25,409 nt of DNA from Porphyridium purpureum (taxonomy: Eukaryota). Position numbers and translations under genes: made by a program. Positions 19,335 through 25,409 of this stretch are shown piece after piece. Location: NCBI GenBank assembly GCA_008690995.1, contig VRMN01000011.1, forward strand, positions 558,001 through 583,409, written 5' to 3'. The first letter of the stretch is position 1, and the number at the start of each line of letters is the position of its first letter. The notes under the pieces were generated by a model. That model was given only the letters and a program-made list of their open reading frames with translations. It had not been told where the DNA came from and made no database searches.

Positions 19335-22300
19335 CACTTCTAATGTGCAGGCTACATTCGAGGTGGGGAGTATGGAAATCCAATCTGACAACGACAGGTC
19401 CGACGTGCCATACACTGATGGTACATCTCAAGGAGCGCGCGTTGCTATGAGCAAAAGCGAGGAAACCTTCATGAGACGCTACAGTGCATTCACCAAGGCA
19501 TATCAGAGTGTAGATTCAAAGTTCTACGGTACCGACGAGGAAAATTTCGCCGCATGGCGAATGCAACTCGTAAATCATTTAGCTCTACACAATCTGGATG
19601 ATCAGTACACTGCACAGGTGATCCAAGCCTGTCTCGCAGGCGATGCTCTGACGTTTTATCTTGGGACGTATGTTGACGAAGATTTGACAAAGTTCACCAT
19701 AGCAGATGTTCTGGTGGGCTTAAGGGACCACTTTTACACCATCGAGAAGCTTGAACGCCTGCAGGAGCAGTGGGAAAAGGCAAACTTCGCGGAATTCCAG
19801 GCTAACAATTCCAATATCTCTGAAGTGGAAAATTGTAAGTCTTTGACCCAAAGACTCAAAAGAATCCAGCCAAATTTGAAAAAACCATACAGATCCCATG
19901 AAATGCTACGTGACAAGTATAAGCAAATCATGTTCAGACATCCCGTATACGAGCGCCTCGTCATGACCCCGCTGCCAACATCGGCTGACGCACTATGCAG
20001 CAAAATTGAAGCCTTGCTTCTGCATATGCAACCCAGTACAGTCTCGCCCAAGCCGCAGCTTGCTTTCACTGCGCAGCAGACGTCAAGGGCACCTATGGCT
20101 CAGCCGAATCACTCGGTGACTCTGTATCAAGAGCGATACAGGCGTTCGCGTGCAAAACCGCAGGCTAATCGGGCAAGATCTACTCCTCGACCGATTAGCA
20201 TCGCATCCGCCAGCAATCCTCGTACGGCAAACGGCACACAGCTTCTTTGCGACATTTGCCAATCCGAAAAACATTTTCGGCGGTTCTGCCCCGACAAGGA
20301 AGCCAAAAGGAAATTTTATACTGCAAATTCAAACTACATGGTGGCAGATTTTCTAGGCTCCGACTCTTCTTCGGGTGCAGACGCAAGCGACAGCACCGAC
20401 GATGTCACTCACACAGACCTCGTTTGGCTTTCGCCAAGTCTTGTTCTTTTTCAACATGACACCGCTTTTGTTATTGTCGACAGCGGCGCTAGCGGTGGAA
20501 ACTTAGTGGGTGAACGATTCTGTCAAGCCCGACAAACCGTCCAAGTTACAGCCCCGCCAAGACGCGTAAAAATGGGCACAAGTGTCTTCGACACTCGCGG
20601 TCAAGCCAAAATTGTCATGCTAGACATAGGTGGAGCAAAGCTCGAATTCTTTGCTGATGTCATACAACTTGACATCCCACCACTTCTTGGATGGCGCGAG
20701 CAAAAGGCGCGACACATGACAGTGGACGCGGGCGCCGGCATATTAACGGCCCTTGCCGACAGCGAACAGCTCAAATTTAGGGTCCACACAATTGCTGGTC
20801 TCCCTTGCATTTTACTTCCAAATCCAGAAAATCCAGATTCGGTCAAAGAGCAACGTGATGATATAGTCCTGTTCACTGCTACAGAATTGCGCAGATTACA
20901 CGTGCACTTTGGGCACGCACATCTCGACAAAATCCGCGATCTGTTGCAGCGCAGTGGTCAACGTCTGACTTCTGCCGAAATTCGCTGGTATGCAGATATC
21001 GTACAGAAGTGCAAAGCTTGCCAATTCTACGCGGATGTACCACGGCGCCCCATTGTGGCCATGCCAGTCAACCCTTTCTTCAACCGCGATATCGCCATAG
21101 ACACTGTATACTTCGACGGCCTCGCTGTGCTACACATTGTGTGCAAAGGAACCAAATATGCCAGGAATCCTATTTTACGACGCACGGATGCGGTAACCGT
21201 CATCAGTACGTTCTATACTTCTTGGATCACCATCTTCGGCATTCCGGCCACATTATCCATGGACCGCGGTACTGAGTTTCTGAATGCAGCTTTACTCGAA
21301 TTCTGTGATGGACTCGGCATTGTGATGCGTCCAGCCGCGACTGCAGCAGCCTGGTCGATAGGTATCGTGGAACGACACCATAAGCCCCTGAAAACTGTGT
21401 AATTCCGCTTGAAAACAACATTCCCAGACCGCGATTGCGAATTATTGCTCGCACAAGCAGAATTTGCACTGAATGCCACGCTTGGCAACCGTGACACATG
21501 TCCATTTTTACTGGTCTTCGGTCAATTACCCGTGTTCACGCTTGGCACAGTCCAGGACCAACACAAAATGACTACAGACCGCCATATGGCTATGGAAGTC
21601 GCGCGTAGAACGACCGAAGGTATCATTGCTACCAGGCGCATTCGCGAGGCAACGCACATAAGCGTTTCAAAAAGCGCACCAGCTTTGCTGAGCCGTGGAG
21701 ACCGGGTGCTGTTCTGGCGCCCAAGTGAGAGAGCTTGGGTCGGACCCGCGACCGTGGTCCATGTACACGGAGATGCGAAAACGGTAAAAGTTGAATACAA
21801 AACGCGGAACTACCACCCAGCTCTCCACCAAGTCAAATTGTTCGTCGCGGATCAAGTGCTATGGGCCGACGAGACTGAGACTTTCTCCAAGATTCTGCAA
21901 GTATCAGAACATTCACTCAGAAGAAAATGTGACTTTACGATATCGCGCGCCAAAGAAATCGATGGATGGCATGCAAAGGGCGTAGTGGAAGCCGTTCGCA
22001 CGACAGAGCGCGCGAATCTAGACACGCGGTGGGTGGACTCCATCAAACTTTCAGATGGAAAAGAGTTCCCGAAATCACGTCTCGCCTTGCGAGAGTTTGC
22101 AAAATCGCAACCACATGGTTCCATGCTTCGAGACTCACCTACGACATCACGATGGACTGTGCGCGTTCTGCTCTCAGTAGCACTTAATCAATCATGGTCC
22201 ATATCATCCTCGGACGTCGAACAAGCCTTTCTTCAGAGCCAGCCTCTGAAACGTCGCGTTTTGGTGCAACCTCCAAAAGAAGCTGGTCTACCATCTGGTG

Positions 22301-23370
22301 TCCTCTGGCTTCTGAAGAAAGCCGCCTACGGTCTGGTGGATGCTGCGTACATCTGGTACGAGTCTCTCCGCGACGTGCTCGTCAACAAAATGCAAATGAA
22401 AGAGTCCATGGTAGACCCGTGCTTGTTTGTTGCGAACGAGGGTGCATGCACAACCCAAGTCGACGATATCTTAACCGTGGGCACGCCCCAATTTCTCGAA
22501 GCTCAAAAAGAAATTCGCAAGTATCTACAGCTCCATCGAGAAAAACGTGACAAGTTCATTTTCAACGGAGCCCAGCTCACAGTCAAGGAGAACTGTGTCA
22601 GTATTGATTTACGAGCGTATATCGAGAAATCTCGCATTGTGGCAGTGAGAATCACCACTTATAGTGACTTCCAGCGCTTCCGCGGCCAACTGCTATGGCT
22701 TGCTGCCAATTCGAGACCAGACTTAGCGTATCCTGCTGCACAACTCTCGCAAATCTCACAAGACATGTTCGACCATAAGGTGTACAAAGAGTTAGTAGAC
22801 CAAGCGCGGGGTGCAGTCTGCACAATGCCATATTTGCACTTCAACCGCCTTCACGGCACCGTGGCAATTCAAGTATTTGCGGACGCCAGTTTCGCAAACA
22901 ATGTTGACTTGAGCAGCCAGCTCGGCTTTATCATCTGTCTCGCGGACAGCCAAGGCCATTATAATATTGTGCACTGGCGCTCGGGAAAATCCCGCCGTGT
23001 TGTCAAATCGACTCTCGCAGCCGAGACGCTCGCAGTCATCGACGCATTCGACCACGCCGGTGCAGTGAAGCATATGCTCCAGGAACTAGGAATTCCCAGC
23101 CCGGAAGTTATTCTTTACACGGACAATCGATCCGTATTTGACGCCATGTCCAAGCGCACGGCCTGCACCGAGAAAGCCGTACAGATATCTGTCGCCATCC
23201 TGCGACAAGCATTGCAAGAAGCAGCGCTCACCAAAATCGGACTTCTGTTGTCTGCTGACAATCCAGCCGATGCATTGACCAAAGCGCGCGGCAACTCTGA
23301 GCTAGACTCGCTCCTGCGTGCTGAAGTCTATCACCCTAAGGTTGTGGAATGGTTTGAAGTGAAAAAGTAA
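19335..23370 (+). pseudogene. Copia gag-pol remainder (gag zinc knuckle, PR, INT, RT, RNase H) with one in-frame TAA at 21400-21402
   Basis: Zinc knuckle CDICQSEKHFRRFC. Protease VIVDSGASG. Integrase HHCC (LHVHFGH...CKAC) and DDE (IDTV...MDRGTEF...VERHH). RT motifs SDVEQAFLQ, LKKAAYGLVDA and QVDDIL. RNase H motifs FADASFA, AETLA, YTDNRS and NPADALTK. ORFs 19318-21402 and 21409-23370 are in the same frame. Confidence 0.93.
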
Positions 23371-23783
23371 AGTACACTGCACTTTATGGGTGTTCACTTA
23401 CACACCAATATAGATTCTGACGGAAATTGAACTGTTCCGTGGGTCTGAAGGAAGGTGAACAGGAAGCAACAGTTTTCGTCGATTACGCTGTCTGTCGTCG
23501 TGTCCCACGCGGTGGTTACGTGTTACAAGCCAAATGCGCTTCGCCCACAAGCTTGTGCGGGCATGAAGGGCAACGCGTGAGGGTTTGATGTTTTATTCTT
23601 TTTCTTTGTTTGTTTGAGTCTGTTGAATTCAGCAATTTTCGAGTGCGTGTTTTTGTCCTGAGAAGGTTTTTCCGCCGTGCTGATTTGAATTTGTTTCTTC
23701 TGTTCTAAGAACTCCATTTCGTTGTCCAAGACTCACGTTGATGTAACAATTCCGTGTCGCCTCGGTTGATGCGCTCATGCCAC

Positions 23784-23796
23784 AAAAGGAAAAGGG
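23784..23796 (+). promoter_or_regulatory. Polypurine tract of the Copia element
   Basis: AAAAGGAAAAGGG, ending 5 nt before the 3' LTR. Confidence 0.75.
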
Positions 23797-23801
23797 TTGT
23801 G

Positions 23802-23997
23802 TGTCGCTACCGAGGTATGTGGGTACAGTTGCCTGCGATATAAGATAGCGGCCGGTCTGGCAAACCTGTGGCGACAGTGGTGGAGAGAGAGAGAGTGGAC
23901 AGAGAGTAGTAAAGAGGACTTATAGTTCCCGGCCCATGGTAGCGGGTGAGAGCCCCCCAAAGCTGACTACTCGTCCACACGGAAGATAGCAACAACA
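23802..23997 (+). repeat. 3' LTR (196 bp)
   Basis: TGTCGCTACC...GATAGCAACAACA, followed by the TSD GTTTA. Confidence 0.95.
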
Positions 23998-24007
23998 GTT
24001 TACTAGC

Positions 24008-24162
24008 TTATCTTCTATCATTTTGGCAGAAAATAATTTGAAAGCGAAAATCATTTCTAGGTACTGTGATAGTAAAAATCATCTGTTTTCCTATGAAATT
24101 TACTTATCGCGTCGCTTCGTGTAAAGTTGAAAACTATTGTCTGTGGAAATGATAGAAGATAA
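24008..24162. repeat. Imperfect 32-bp inverted repeat (16-bp perfect outer arm)
   Basis: TTATCTTCTATCATTT (24008-24023) / AAATGATAGAAGATAA (24147-24162), extending inward to 24039 and 24131 with 5 mismatches. Confidence 0.8.
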
Positions 24163-24390
24163 TTTACATATGCCAATCTCCTGTTTTATAAGTAAGACGT
24201 TACCATCACTCTTTTGGGTTGCGATTAAGCAAGTCAAGCAAGTGCCAAGCATTGAGAGAAAAAAGAGGCGAGTGGGCGAGCCTGTGTGAGGCGAAGTGCG
24301 CCCTTTGTTTTTGTGTTTGAAGCGAATCGCGGTGAGAGTAGACGAAGTGGTGCGAGTTGATTGCCGCAGAAGAGCGAACTGGGCGGCGCC

Positions 24391-25409
24391 ATGGACTTGA
24401 ACGAAAGCGCGGCATTGATCAACGCGCTCGTTGAGCAAGAAGAAACCGTCGACAACGACTGGATACAGGATGCTCAAGAGTATGCGAGAGCGAGGATAGG
24501 CGAAAGTTCGAGGAAAACTTATAAGACGTACTGGAAGCGCCTCTCTGACTTTTTAGTCCAGCATTATGCGAATACTGGCGCTATCAGCCTTACTGATGAA
24601 CGAGGCTCTGCTGAGACGCACTTTGGTATCCAAGCCGGCGCATTGACGAAAGAAATGGTTACAAGATTCCTCGTGACTCTCAAGAAGAGCAAGTCAGGTG
24701 CTCCTATCGGCCCTGATGGCCTAGCATCCGCAAAGTCGGCTTTGCGAGCACTATTCGCCGATCAAAAAGTCGCAGTGCGTGTCTTCTTCAAGACAGAAAT
24801 CAGCCAGCTGGCGCGCGGAATGAAGAAAAAGAGGTTGCAGGACAAACATAAGGGAAAAGAAAAGGATGACGACGGTAAAATGTACCTGGCGTACTCTTTG
24901 TATGTTTTCCTTTGCTCTTTCTTAATCTCTAACGTCTCCACCCCCGCGCGGGCCGCAGGTCAGAAGGGCAGAGCATCAGGCTCCAGTGATACAACAACTG
25001 CTCCGTTTACTCACTTGTTCTCCATTCTCTGTTGGAATCTGATGTGCCGAGGAGATAGTACGTAAGACGTTACATTCAGACACCTTCATTGGGCGGGCGA
25101 TGCTCTTGGTGTCCATTTTACAACGGCCAAAAATGATACGGACGGAGAAGGCCTCGCACGGGAGACAAAACACGTTTATGCAAACCCGACCGAACCACGG
25201 ATCTGCGCAATCCTTTCGCTGGCGATATACTGCGTGCGCGGGCTAACCGCAACCGGCGTCGAACTATTTCCTGGAAGTCATCAAGCCGAGCGCGTCCGTA
25301 GAGGCATGCAAGATGCATTTTCAAGCCCTTCTTGCTCTATCCTTCTTTCGACATTGGGCACAAAACCGAAGGAGTTTGGACTTCACTCATTGCGAAAAGG
25401 TGCAGCAAT
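24391..25409 (+). pseudogene. Crypton-like tyrosine recombinase, one in-frame TAA (25063-25065), 3' end outside window
   Basis: SAM-like N-terminus (SSRKTYKTYWKRL...KSALRALF). Catalytic R in WNLMCRGDS. In frame after the stop: HLHWAGDALGVHFTTAKND...KHVYANPTEPRICAILSLAIY...FGLHSLRKGAA (the H-x-x-R box). Confidence 0.85.

Larger units (their letters stand above)
5875..23997 (+). mobile_element. Full-length Ty1/Copia (GalEa-like) LTR retrotransposon, 5,268 bp once the nested 12.85-kb transposon is removed
   Basis: Two 196-bp LTRs (TG...CA), TSD GTTTA at 5870-5874 and 23998-24002, a PPT, and domain order gag-PR-INT-RT-RNaseH. The GalEa assignment is inferred from the RNase H motif FADASFANNVDLSSQLG. 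Confidence 0.95.

Noticed and set aside
23523..23729. 68-aa antisense ORF in the Copia 3' UTR as an env-like or extra gene
   Set aside because: It is short, starts at a non-ATG codon, derives from a T-rich tract and has no transmembrane or other motif.
21400..25065. In-frame TAA in both the Copia pol and the Crypton, suggesting stop-codon reassignment
   Set aside because: Host and transposon genes here terminate normally at TAA, TAG and TGA, and other decayed elements show TAG and TGA lesions. Ordinary pseudogenisation explains it.

Overview
Eukaryotic DNA, gene-dense and apparently intron-poor; a red-alga/protist-like host is my inference. The first 2.8 kb holds two host genes: a 5'-truncated CRAL-TRIO/Sec14 protein and a HEAT/ARM-repeat protein. 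The rest is a nested pile of transposable elements: (i) an internally deleted Copia remnant with its 3' LTR (3153-4291, minus strand); (ii) a Tc1-type DD34E transposon starting at TA|CAGT 4322; (iii) a young Copia (GalEa-like) LTR retrotransposon at 5875-23997, with 196-bp LTRs differing at one base and a GTTTA target-site duplication (TSD); (iv) a Crypton-like tyrosine-recombinase gene running off the right edge. The main result is a 12,853-bp DNA transposon (6480-19332) inserted in the gag of the young Copia. It has CAGTCCGTG terminal inverted repeats (TIRs), a 2-bp TC duplication, 17 copies of a 12-bp subterminal repeat, an intact 1288-aa Plavaka/CACTA-related transposase, and four large tightly packed orphan ORFs, one with a PHD-like zinc finger. 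Removing the insert plus one TC restores the gag-pol reading frame exactly, which fixes its ends to the base. A second copy of the same terminus lies at 4292.
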